This document shows positions 36,872-45,677 of a DNA stretch of 50,918 nt, piece by piece. The position numbers and the translations under genes were made by a program. Location: contig CAJWMQ010000003.1 of assembly GCA_913042895.1 (NCBI GenBank), positions 1-50,918 on the forward strand, in the 5' to 3' direction. Below the pieces are notes generated by a model. The model searched no databases and was not told the DNA's origin. It saw only the letters and a program-made list of their open reading frames with translations. Each line of letters opens with the position of its first letter. The first letter of the stretch is position 1. Origin of the DNA: an uncultured Verrucomicrobiales bacterium. Its GTDB lineage: Bacteria > Verrucomicrobiota > Verrucomicrobiia > Limisphaerales > UBA1100.

Positions 36872-37972
36872 GTGAAATTTACTGCACTCTTAATCGCGCT
36901 CAGCTTTAGTTTGCAGGCCGGCCAAAACGCTGCGCCGTCATCGCATCTGGTGTTTGATGATAACTTTCCCGGCGATATTTTGATTAACGAAGTGCGCGTG
37001 CCGAAGGCGGGCGAGGCGATGTACACCTATTACGAAACGCTCGGTTGGCGCGGCCGCGCGGCGGGGTATGCGGGCATTCAAGCGCATCCTAAGGCGCACA
37101 ATTACATTTTCTCGATCTGGGATCACAAAGGTCACACCGCGCCGATTCGCGCCGTGCATCGCGGGCCGGGGACGTTGACCGAGAAATTTGGCGGCGAGGG
37201 CACTGGGCTCAAGTCGTGGAACTTCACGCTCGGGTGGGAGGTGGACACTTGGTACACGCTTGTCTCGCGTTGCTGGGTGATGGGTGATCACACTTACTAC
37301 GGGTTCTGGAGTCGCTCGGGCAAGACCGGGCATTGGACGCATTTGGTCACCATGGATGTCGCCGCCAAGGAGGCTTTTTTCGAGGGCGGAACGGATGCCT
37401 TTATCGAGGATTGGCTGGAGACTGGCAAAAACGCGCGCACTTCCCATTTGCGCGGCGGCTGGAAACGCCAGCTTAACGGCCAGTGGCACGCCTTTGGCCG
37501 CGCGCAGTACTCGGTGAACTATTGGGACCTCGATCCCGGTAAACGGTCGTTCAACTTCAAAACCAACTGGAACGGCGGCGTGGCCAAGGATGCCACCGGT
37601 GAATATTATTTCATGATCGCCGGCGGCAAGGCAACCCAGCCCACCACCAAGAATCCATCTCAACACGCCATCAAACGCACCGCCACCAAGCCCGGCTATG
37701 CGCCCATAAAAATTAAATCCGCCAAGGTCAAGAGGGACGGCAAGACGCTCGTGGTCGAGTGGGAAAACGATCCGGCTACGCTGCCGCAGTTTTCGTACAA
37801 GATATTTTACGACGGCATCAAGCCCCGCGTCGCCTCCGGTATGGTCCCTTCCACGCGACGGGTCGAGCTGCCCATCAAGCAACTCGGCCGCGCCACCGTG
37901 CACTTGATCTGCGAGGATATTCTCGGCAACAAATCGAAGATGTACACCCTCAATCTAGCGGGCGGGCGTTGA
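36872..37972 (+). CDS. Secreted DUF3472-like protein with C-terminal beta-rich extension
   Basis: Signal peptide; TYYETLGW, GYAGIQ, IFSIWD, FGGEGTG, FIEDW resemble DUF3472. Confidence 0.65.
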   Translation: MKFTALLIALSFSLQAGQNAAPSSHLVFDDNFPGDILINEVRVPKAGEAMYTYYETLGWRGRAAGYAGIQAHPKAHNYIFSIWDHKGHTAPIRAVHRGPGTLTEKFGGEGTGLKSWNFTLGWEVDTWYTLVSRCWVMGDHTYYGFWSRSGKTGHWTHLVTMDVAAKEAFFEGGTDAFIEDWLETGKNARTSHLRGGWKRQLNGQWHAFGRAQYSVNYWDLDPGKRSFNFKTNWNGGVAKDATGEYYFMIAGGKATQPTTKNPSQHAIKRTATKPGYAPIKIKSAKVKRDGKTLVVEWENDPATLPQFSYKIFYDGIKPRVASGMVPSTRRVELPIKQLGRATVHLICEDILGNKSKMYTLNLAGGR

Positions 37973-38042
37973 CGCCTTGGGCTGCCGTTCGTACTTTTGA
38001 TCGAGTTGTGCCGAGTGGCCGTCACCGTCAAATTCGACTTAA

Positions 38043-38906
38043 CTACTGTAAGCGCAGGCGGGCGGTCACGGGTTGATGGTCACTGGGGATTTGGAGGAAA
38101 TCCTTGAAGAGCACAATTTCCGTGCGGTCCACCAGCACCGGGCCACGGGTTAGAACCCAGTCGATGCGGCGGTTGCCGCGCTGGGTTTGGCCAAAGCCGT
38201 TAAAGGTGTTCCAGCCGGCGTTAACTTTTTCCTTGGCGACCTCAAATGAATCGTGAAAGGCCCCCTCGGAGGTAAGCGTGGTATAGGCGCGGTTGGCCTT
38301 TGCGAGCGCGTTGAAGTCGCCCACGAGGATGACTGGTAGCTGGGCCTTCAAAGCGTTCACTCGCTGCAGAATCAGTTGGGCCGATTTCTCGCGCGATGGC
38401 TGTGACCGGTGATCGAAGTGCGTGTTCCAGAAATAAAACTCTTTTTTCGTTCGGCGATCGAGAAAGCGTACCCAAGTGACCATGCGTTTCACCGTGTTGC
38501 CCCAACTGGCGGAGCCGACTTTCTCCGGCGTGTCCGACAACCAAAAATGTTTCGTCTCCAATGGTTCAAACCGCGCGTGCCGATAAAAGATGGCCATGAA
38601 TTCTCCGCGCTGGCCACCTTCGCGCCCAGTACCGATCCATTTGTGGTTCGGTAACGACTTGTCCATGAATACCAGTTGATGATGCAGTCCTTCTTGCGTG
38701 CCGATGAGGTCGGCCTTTTGATCGGCGATCACTTTGACCACACCGCCTCGCCGCTTCGGCCAGGCATTTGCTCCTGTGGCACTGGCGTACCGAATATTGA
38801 AAGCCATCACGTTGAGGGGCTCGGTAGTTTTAGACTGTTGTGCCTGAACTTCAGCACCAATCAATAGGACTAACACCAAGACAGTGTGCGTAAAAATAAA
38901 TGGCAT
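38043..38906 (-). CDS. Secreted endonuclease/exonuclease/phosphatase (EEP) family protein
   Basis: FNIRY, GTQE, FWLSDTP, NTHFDH, GDFN, RIDW, SDHQPV. Confidence 0.92.
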   Translation of the reverse strand: MPFIFTHTVLVLVLLIGAEVQAQQSKTTEPLNVMAFNIRYASATGANAWPKRRGGVVKVIADQKADLIGTQEGLHHQLVFMDKSLPNHKWIGTGREGGQRGEFMAIFYRHARFEPLETKHFWLSDTPEKVGSASWGNTVKRMVTWVRFLDRRTKKEFYFWNTHFDHRSQPSREKSAQLILQRVNALKAQLPVILVGDFNALAKANRAYTTLTSEGAFHDSFEVAKEKVNAGWNTFNGFGQTQRGNRRIDWVLTRGPVLVDRTEIVLFKDFLQIPSDHQPVTARLRLQ

Positions 38907-38913
38907 GGGGCTG

Positions 38914-39003
38914 AGTGTCTGATCCTACGGAGTTTTCTTCAAGCGGGAAACATCGAGTTGCAGCCGGTTGAGGTTTGACCTCCATTCGCGACTGCCCAAT
39001 GCT
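38914..39003. promoter_or_regulatory. Divergent sigma70-like promoters, both positioned for leaderless mRNAs
   Basis: Minus: TTGAAG-17-GACACT-7nt-ATG (38906). Plus: TTGACC-17-AATGCT-6nt-ATG (39010). Confidence 0.6.
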
Positions 39004-39009
39004 TCACCC

Positions 39010-40599
39010 ATGACACGTTGGTTTCTCGTATGGTTGCTGGGCGGTGCCGGACTGTTGAGCGCGGCGCAGCCGAACATCATCGTATTCATGGTCGATGATT
39101 ACGACAAATACGAGGCGAGCGTGTACGGCGGCAAGGTGCTCACGCCACATCTTGACCGGTTGGCCCGGGAGGGGATCACGTTTGAAAATGCGCACGTGAC
39201 CTCGACCGTGTGTACCCCGTCACGTTACACATTCCTGACTGGCCGATATGCGGGGTCGGCCTACTCAGCGGAATTTTTGGAGCTGTTCCCTAAGGGGCAG
39301 CAAAGCCTGCCGGGCTTCAACGTAGAACTGGAACCGGATAATCAAAACGTTGCGGCGCTGCTGGCTAAGGCTGGGTACGCCACGGGCATGGTGGGCAAAT
39401 TTCATGTAGGGCCGTCGCTCAGTGATGCGGAGTTTCGGCAGAAATACGGCCTGCACGAGATTGAGAAAAACGTGCCCTTCACGCCGGCGCTCAACCGTAA
39501 AAAATTTGAAAATGAGAAGGGGTATCGGAAGGCCGTGAAGGATTTCGGGTTTACGTGGGCCAAGAATATTTATTGGGACAATACTAAGGCGCCGTTCCAA
39601 AGTCATAATCCGGAATGGACGGCCGCGGCCGCGGTGGAGTTTATCGAGCGCCACCATCAGGAGCCGTTTTATCTGCACTACTGCACTACACTGTTACATG
39701 GGCCGAATGGTTCCTGGCACAAGTCGCTGGACAAGCCGAGGGTCACCGGCGAAGGCATCATCGATGCGGATTTAAACGTGCTGCCGTCTCGAGGTTCGGT
39801 CATGAAACGAATCGAGCAAGCTGGATTAACCTCGAATCAAGCCGGGTACCTATGGATGGATGATTCTCTCGGATTGATCCTCAACAAGCTGGATGAATTG
39901 AAACTGGCGCATAATACGATCGTGTTGTTTGTGGCCGATCATGGCTCGGGCCACAAGGGGTCGTTGTACAAGGCCAAGGGCACGGAGGTGCCTTGCATCA
40001 TGCGCTGGCCGGCGGGGATGAAGGCGGGCGTGCGCAGTGAGGAGTTGATTCAAAACACCGATTTTGTGCCCACATGGTTTGAGCTGGCCGGTGTAAAAAA
40101 GCCCGCCGCCTACCGGATGGATGGCGTGAGCTTAGCTCCGCTCTTCCAGGCACCGCACGAGCCAGTGCGTGAGTACGTTTACGGCGAGATTGGCGCTGCG
40201 CGTTCCATCAAGACCAAAACACACAGTTACATCGCCCTGCGGTATACACGGGAACAGGTAGCTGGCGTGCAGGAGCGCCAGCGGCGGGAACTTAAGGCGT
40301 TGACCGGCTTGAGCGGCGGTGTTTCACGTTCCATTGCCACACATCCGCACGCGTACACCGGCGATCAATTGTACGATTTGAACCGGGATCCGGATGCGCA
40401 GAATAATCTGGCTGACCACAAACGCCATGCCGGGACATTGGCTCAAATGAAACAAAAACTTGCTGCGGAGCTCAAACGGTTTACAGCCCGGCCCTATGGT
40501 GAATTTGTTCCGGGCGGAAATGCGCTGGCCGGTGGCGGATACGACAAGGTGTTCGAAACCCTCCGCCAAGCGGCGGTCGACAAGAAACCTAAGAAATAA
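39010..40599 (+). CDS. Secreted S1 sulfatase (paralog of 10864..12450)
   Basis: PNIIVFMVDD, VTSTVCTPSRYTFLTGRY, TTLLHGP, ADHG. Confidence 0.9.
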   Translation: MTRWFLVWLLGGAGLLSAAQPNIIVFMVDDYDKYEASVYGGKVLTPHLDRLAREGITFENAHVTSTVCTPSRYTFLTGRYAGSAYSAEFLELFPKGQQSLPGFNVELEPDNQNVAALLAKAGYATGMVGKFHVGPSLSDAEFRQKYGLHEIEKNVPFTPALNRKKFENEKGYRKAVKDFGFTWAKNIYWDNTKAPFQSHNPEWTAAAAVEFIERHHQEPFYLHYCTTLLHGPNGSWHKSLDKPRVTGEGIIDADLNVLPSRGSVMKRIEQAGLTSNQAGYLWMDDSLGLILNKLDELKLAHNTIVLFVADHGSGHKGSLYKAKGTEVPCIMRWPAGMKAGVRSEELIQNTDFVPTWFELAGVKKPAAYRMDGVSLAPLFQAPHEPVREYVYGEIGAARSIKTKTHSYIALRYTREQVAGVQERQRRELKALTGLSGGVSRSIATHPHAYTGDQLYDLNRDPDAQNNLADHKRHAGTLAQMKQKLAAELKRFTARPYGEFVPGGNALAGGGYDKVFETLRQAAVDKKPKK

Positions 40600-40600
40600 C

Positions 40601-42055
40601 ATGCGCTTTGTTTTCCTCATTTTCCTGTTTGTGCAGGTAGTGCGGGGAACGGACTGGGCGCCGGTACGCCAGTGGCCCGCGCCGGAGGCACATCAGGCAG
40701 CGGCGGCGGACGCCAAATTCTTTTATGCCATCACGAGTCGCGCGGTGGCGAAATATGACCGGACGACGGGTAAGCGCGTGGCGTTGAGTACGGGCGCGGT
40801 GCGGCATTTGAACAGCGGATTTTTCTGGAAGGGTAAGTTGCTGTGCGCGCATTCGAATTATCCTTTCAAGCCCGAGCGCAGCGAGATCATGGCGCTCGAT
40901 GTCGATACCATGAAGCTGTCGACCTTCAAGGCCTTTGGCAATGCCGGCGGCTCACTGGTGTGGGTGTTGCGCAAGGACGATCATTGGTGGTGCAACTTCG
41001 CCCACTACGGCGCGAGCAACGCCAAGACTTTTCTCGCCAAGTACGACGATCAATGGCGCGAGGTGGCGCGCTGGACATATCCGAAGAAAGTCATCAACCA
41101 GCTGGGGCGTTATAGTTTGTCCGGCGGCATTTGGCACGGAGACGAAATATGGGTGACAGGGCATGATGATCCGGTGGCCTTTCGGTTGGCGCTCCCCAAG
41201 CAGGGCGACGAGCTTCAGTACCTCGGCCAACACGCGGTGCCGTTTACCGGACAGGGCTTGGCAAATGATCCGGTCACCGGCGGGTTGATCGGCATCCATC
41301 GCGCTCAGCGGCAGGTGATTGTTGCCGGGCGCAAGGGGGCGCCGGTGCGGTTGCGGGTGTTGTGCTACAACATCCATCATGCGGCGGGCGTGGACGGTAA
41401 ACTGGATGTGCCGCGCATTGCGCGCGTGATCCAATCGGTGAAGCCGGACTTGGTGGCGTTGCAGGAGGTGGATCGGAACACGACGCGCACGGGCAAGGTG
41501 GATCAGGCCGCCGAACTGGCGCGGCTAACCAAAATGCATCATGTCTTCGGCGCCAACATCGCGTTTCAGGGCGGTCAATACGGCAACGCCATTCTGTCGC
41601 GGTTTCCGATTACGGAGCATCGAAATCATCTGTTGCCCAATGTGGATGCCGGCGAACAACGTGGCGTGTTGGCGGCGACAATTCATATGTCCAAGGATCG
41701 AAGCCTGCGTTTATTGGCGACGCATTTTGATCATCGACGGCCCGATGCGGAGCGGTTGGCCTCGGCGAAGTTCGTCAATCAATTGACCGTCAAACAACCG
41801 GAAATGCCGACGATCTTCGCGGGGGATTTGAACGACGTGCCGGCTAGCCGGACCTTGCAGGAAATCGGTCGAACTTGGACACGGACCAACGCGCGCATCA
41901 TGCCGACGATCCCAGTCGGTCAACCGGCCCGACAAATCGATTATATTTTTGTGCGCCCGAAAGAGCGCTGGACACTCTTGGAAACGCGTGTGTTAGCCGA
42001 AGCTGTGGCGTCCGATCACCGCGCCATCTTCGCGATCATTGAATTGCGCGAGTAG
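40601..42055 (+). CDS. Secreted two-domain protein: unknown propeller-like N-terminal domain plus C-terminal EEP domain
   Basis: C-terminal YNIHH, DLVALQEVD, YGNAILSR, THFDH, GDLN, IDYIF, SDHR; N-terminal part of about 230 aa unassigned; ATG 2 nt after the upstream stop. Confidence 0.8.
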   Translation: MRFVFLIFLFVQVVRGTDWAPVRQWPAPEAHQAAAADAKFFYAITSRAVAKYDRTTGKRVALSTGAVRHLNSGFFWKGKLLCAHSNYPFKPERSEIMALDVDTMKLSTFKAFGNAGGSLVWVLRKDDHWWCNFAHYGASNAKTFLAKYDDQWREVARWTYPKKVINQLGRYSLSGGIWHGDEIWVTGHDDPVAFRLALPKQGDELQYLGQHAVPFTGQGLANDPVTGGLIGIHRAQRQVIVAGRKGAPVRLRVLCYNIHHAAGVDGKLDVPRIARVIQSVKPDLVALQEVDRNTTRTGKVDQAAELARLTKMHHVFGANIAFQGGQYGNAILSRFPITEHRNHLLPNVDAGEQRGVLAATIHMSKDRSLRLLATHFDHRRPDAERLASAKFVNQLTVKQPEMPTIFAGDLNDVPASRTLQEIGRTWTRTNARIMPTIPVGQPARQIDYIFVRPKERWTLLETRVLAEAVASDHRAIFAIIELRE

Positions 42056-42067
42056 CCTCGCTCGTCC

Positions 42068-43687
42068 TCACTTTTTCGGCGGATTCTTTTTCCGGATGAC
42101 GCTGACTTCGTCCCACGGTTTGGCACCCACACGGTGAGCCCAAGCTTCGTAGAGTTTTTTGAGTTCAGCGGCTTTTTGCGGCATAGACCGGGAGAGGTCG
42201 TGGAGTTCGTTGCGATCCTTACGCATGTTGTAAAGCTCCCACGGGGTGTTGTGTTGGGCGACGAGTTTATAATCACCCTGCCGCACGGCGCGGTTGCCTT
42301 CGTGTTCCCAAAAGAGTGTGCGTGGCTGGGTGCTGTCCTTGGTAAACACCGGCAGCAAGGTCTGGCCTTCCATACCTTTAGTAGATAGGCCGGCGGCATT
42401 GAGGCAGGTGGGGGCGATGTCGATGATGTGGCCGGGGGAATGGCGCAATTTGTTCTGGTCCTTCAACCCGTCGGGCCAATGGACGATGAGTGGGGTAGCG
42501 ACCCCTCCTTCATGGGTGTAGCGCTTATACATGCGAAAAGGAGCGTTACTAAGGTTGGCCCAACCTCGACCGGAACTGGAGGACCAGCCGCCACGTCGAC
42601 CCCATTCGGAGTAGTTGTCCACGCGTGTCTCAGGGTGACGACCGTTTTTAGCAAAGAGTCCTCGCCAATCGTGCACACCCGTGCCGGGTACGCCGTTGTC
42701 CACCATGAAGAGGAATAGGGTGTTATCCAGTCGGCCGGCGGTGCGGAGTTTCTCGATCACGCGGCCGATGTTTTGGTCCATGCGATCAATGATCGCGGAG
42801 TAGAGCGCCATTTTTAGGTCGAGTTCATCGCGCAGCTTGGCGTCGTAGGTGTCCCACTTGGGCACGTCGGCTGGCGAGAGGGCCCATTCTTTTTTTATTA
42901 GGCCAAGCTCTATCATCCGTTCGTAGCGTTGCTGGCGGAGCTTGTCCCAGCCGGTGTCGCGAAAGCGGCCGCGATATTTTTTAGTGTCCTCCTCGCGAGC
43001 GTGCAGCGGGAAATGCGGCGCGTTATGGGCGATGTACAGGAAGATCGGCTGATTGCTGTGTTTCTTAAACGCTTCGTCCATGAAATGCAGTGCGTAATCG
43101 GTGAAGACATCCGTGGTGTACCATTCCTGGTTGGGATGCAGATGGTTCACGGGTGTCTCGGTGCCGGGTAGCACAATCTTGTCGTCGAGAAAGACCGGGC
43201 AATGCTCGAGCACGGTGAAGTAGGAATCGATGAAGTTGCGCGTGCCATAAAAGCGATCGAACCCGCGCGCGATCGGCGATTGCTTCGGTTCTGTGCCGAG
43301 ATGCCATTTGCCTGTCATCATCGTGCGATAGCCGCCTCGGCGCAGCCGTTCGGCGAGCGTTGGTACGTTAGGCAGAATGGTGCCACTGTAGCTGGGCAGG
43401 CCGCGATCTTTTGTCATGTGCCCCATCCCCGCTTGATGTTGATAGACGCCGGTTAGCAACGCCGCCCGCGACGGACAGCATCGGCCGGTATTATAAAACT
43501 GCGAGAAGCGCAGGCCGTTGGCCGCGAGTTTGTCCAACGCCGGCGTTTCAATCTCGCCACCATAACAGCCGAAGTCTGAGTAGCCGGCATCATCGGCCAT
43601 GATCACTACAATATCCGGTTTCCGTCGCTCGTCGCCATAGGTTGCGAGACCAAGGAGGAGAATGCAAATTGTGAGGAGTGTTTTCAT
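42068..43687 (-). CDS. Secreted S1 arylsulfatase (AtsA-like)
   Basis: IVVIMADDAGYSD.GCYGGEI.TP, CCPSR, GKWHLG, APHFPLHA, WANLSNAPF, HEGGVATP. Confidence 0.92.
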   Translation of the reverse strand: MKTLLTICILLLGLATYGDERRKPDIVVIMADDAGYSDFGCYGGEIETPALDKLAANGLRFSQFYNTGRCCPSRAALLTGVYQHQAGMGHMTKDRGLPSYSGTILPNVPTLAERLRRGGYRTMMTGKWHLGTEPKQSPIARGFDRFYGTRNFIDSYFTVLEHCPVFLDDKIVLPGTETPVNHLHPNQEWYTTDVFTDYALHFMDEAFKKHSNQPIFLYIAHNAPHFPLHAREEDTKKYRGRFRDTGWDKLRQQRYERMIELGLIKKEWALSPADVPKWDTYDAKLRDELDLKMALYSAIIDRMDQNIGRVIEKLRTAGRLDNTLFLFMVDNGVPGTGVHDWRGLFAKNGRHPETRVDNYSEWGRRGGWSSSSGRGWANLSNAPFRMYKRYTHEGGVATPLIVHWPDGLKDQNKLRHSPGHIIDIAPTCLNAAGLSTKGMEGQTLLPVFTKDSTQPRTLFWEHEGNRAVRQGDYKLVAQHNTPWELYNMRKDRNELHDLSRSMPQKAAELKKLYEAWAHRVGAKPWDEVSVIRKKNPPKK

Positions 43688-43695
43688 AAAAAAGA

Positions 43696-45561
43696 TTAAG
43701 GAAGGGTGACTTTCAGGTTTGTGAGCTTCCCGTTGATCTGGGCGCGCGGGGCTTCGGAGTCCACGGGGTTTTTGGCGTCGTGGCCGATTCCGAGATCTTC
43801 CTGCGGATGCCGACGCAAGAGATCGACGGCCTTGGCCGTCATGCCGCGGCCGTTGATGGTAAGGGAGAGTTGGGCGGCGGTCAGCTTGGCGGTGATGGCA
43901 AACGGCGCCTCGGCCGGCCGTAGCGTGACGCGCTGGAGGCGGTTGGTGGAGTGCCGAACGGCGAACACGATCTCACCATCTTTGGCGTACAACACATAAC
44001 CGACCGCCGACCCGCCATGAGCGAGGATCACGCCGTTGGGTTTCTTGGTATCCAGGGTGCATTGGATGGTGAAAGGTTTGCCGGCAATGGCCGGGGCGCC
44101 GGCACTGGCGATGGAGTCGCCGAGCTTGGCCTTGGCCCAGTCCATCGGTTTGCCGGTGGGCCGGACAGAGCCGGGTCGGCGGTTGGGAGCGGTGGGGTAC
44201 AGCGTGACTGGATTGGTTACGGAACCAGCCGGACGTTTGTTGGCGGCGAGATCGGCGGTCATGGTTTCAGCCAGCTGCGTCAGGCGCGCGACAATGTCCG
44301 GACGTTGCGCGGCGAGGTCGGTTTGTTCGCCGATTTCATTTTTCAGATTGTAGAGGCGCCCGCCCTTGGCCAGATCGGCATCGCGCTGGCGGATGCCCAT
44401 GCCGAGTGATTGGCCGGTCAGGGCGAGTTTCCATGGGCCCTGTCGCACAGCCTGCAGTTGGGTGCCGCGGAAGTAATGCCAGATGTCGCGCGGGGACTGT
44501 TCTGCTTTGCCGAGGAGCCAATCGGAGACATCGAGGCCGTCAATTTTCACGTCCTGTTTGATTTTACCGCCAGCCAAGGAAATGAAGGTGGGCAACACAT
44601 CGGTGGTGCCGGCGATGCCGGCGGATTCCGTACCGGGCGCGATGGTGCCCGGCCACCAGGCGAGGGTCGGTTCGCGCACGCCGCCTTCCAGCGTGCAGCC
44701 TTTGCTACCGCGCAACGGCCCTGACACACCTCCGGCTTTACCCTTAGACGCCCACGGGCCGTTGTCGCTCGTGAACAGTACGAGCGTGTTCTCGGCGAGC
44801 TTCAGCTTTTTTAAGGCCTCCAACACCTGCCCGACGCTCCAATCGACTTCCTCAACCCAATCGCCGTACACGCCGTTCTTTGATTTACCGGCAAAATCCG
44901 GGTGCGGATACAGCGGCACATGCATGGCGGTGTGGGGCAGGTAGAGGAAAAAGTTTTTGTCCGCCTTGGCGCTGGCTTCGATGAATTTCACGGCCTCCTC
45001 GGTATACTCCCGGGTGATGCGTCGCTGGCCTTCATCCTCCAGAAGCTCGGCCACCTTGTCATCGCGCAGCAACGGATGCACGCGCTTGCCCGTGGCGGCG
45101 GCAGTGCGTCCCATGTCGTTGGAGTAGGGGATGCCGAAGTAGCCGTCGAACCCATGCCGCGTGGGCAGGAACTCGGGTTGATCGCCTAGATGCCATTTGC
45201 CTACGCACATGGTGGCATAGCCCAGCTCGCGAAGATATTCGGCCACGGTGTGTTCCTGCGGGTTGAGCCCGTTTCGGCCAGCGGGGAAAAACACGCCCGG
45301 CACACCCACGCGCGGCGCGTAGCAACCGGTCAACAGTTGCGCCCGCGATGCGGAGCAAACCGGCGCGGCATAAAAGCTCGTGAGCTTACGCCCTTCTTTC
45401 GCCATGCGATCCAGATGCGGCGTGCGGTTGAGCTGGGAGCCGAACGGGCCAATATCGCCGTAGCCCATGTCGTCGATGAAAATCAAAACCAGATTCGGAC
45501 GGGCCGACATCGATTCGGTAAGCGACATCCAAACCAGCAGAAAGAGAAGCAGTTGTTTCAT
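43696..45561 (-). CDS. Secreted S1 arylsulfatase with C-terminal LamG/concanavalin-like domain
   Basis: RPNLVLIFIDDMGYGD, CSASR, GKWHLG, GIPYSNDM; after a Pro-rich linker, GVILAHGG..GYVLY..DG...FAVR; start moved to 45561. Confidence 0.88.
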   Translation of the reverse strand: MKQLLLFLLVWMSLTESMSARPNLVLIFIDDMGYGDIGPFGSQLNRTPHLDRMAKEGRKLTSFYAAPVCSASRAQLLTGCYAPRVGVPGVFFPAGRNGLNPQEHTVAEYLRELGYATMCVGKWHLGDQPEFLPTRHGFDGYFGIPYSNDMGRTAAATGKRVHPLLRDDKVAELLEDEGQRRITREYTEEAVKFIEASAKADKNFFLYLPHTAMHVPLYPHPDFAGKSKNGVYGDWVEEVDWSVGQVLEALKKLKLAENTLVLFTSDNGPWASKGKAGGVSGPLRGSKGCTLEGGVREPTLAWWPGTIAPGTESAGIAGTTDVLPTFISLAGGKIKQDVKIDGLDVSDWLLGKAEQSPRDIWHYFRGTQLQAVRQGPWKLALTGQSLGMGIRQRDADLAKGGRLYNLKNEIGEQTDLAAQRPDIVARLTQLAETMTADLAANKRPAGSVTNPVTLYPTAPNRRPGSVRPTGKPMDWAKAKLGDSIASAGAPAIAGKPFTIQCTLDTKKPNGVILAHGGSAVGYVLYAKDGEIVFAVRHSTNRLQRVTLRPAEAPFAITAKLTAAQLSLTINGRGMTAKAVDLLRRHPQEDLGIGHDAKNPVDSEAPRAQINGKLTNLKVTLP

Positions 45562-45571
45562 GCGAAACCGG

Positions 45572-45669
45572 AGGCTAGTGCGATGCAGTGCTTGGATCAA
45601 ATCATTATCCTTTGGTGGAACGCTGAGTACAACTGGAGTTTGGCCAATTCCCTCTGCTTCGGTTAGATT
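45572..45669. promoter_or_regulatory. Divergent sigma70-like promoters
   Basis: Minus: TTGATC-17-TAGCCT-10nt-ATG (45561). Plus: TGGCCA-17-TAGATT-8nt-TTG (45678). Confidence 0.5.
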
Positions 45670-45677
45670 CACGGCCC

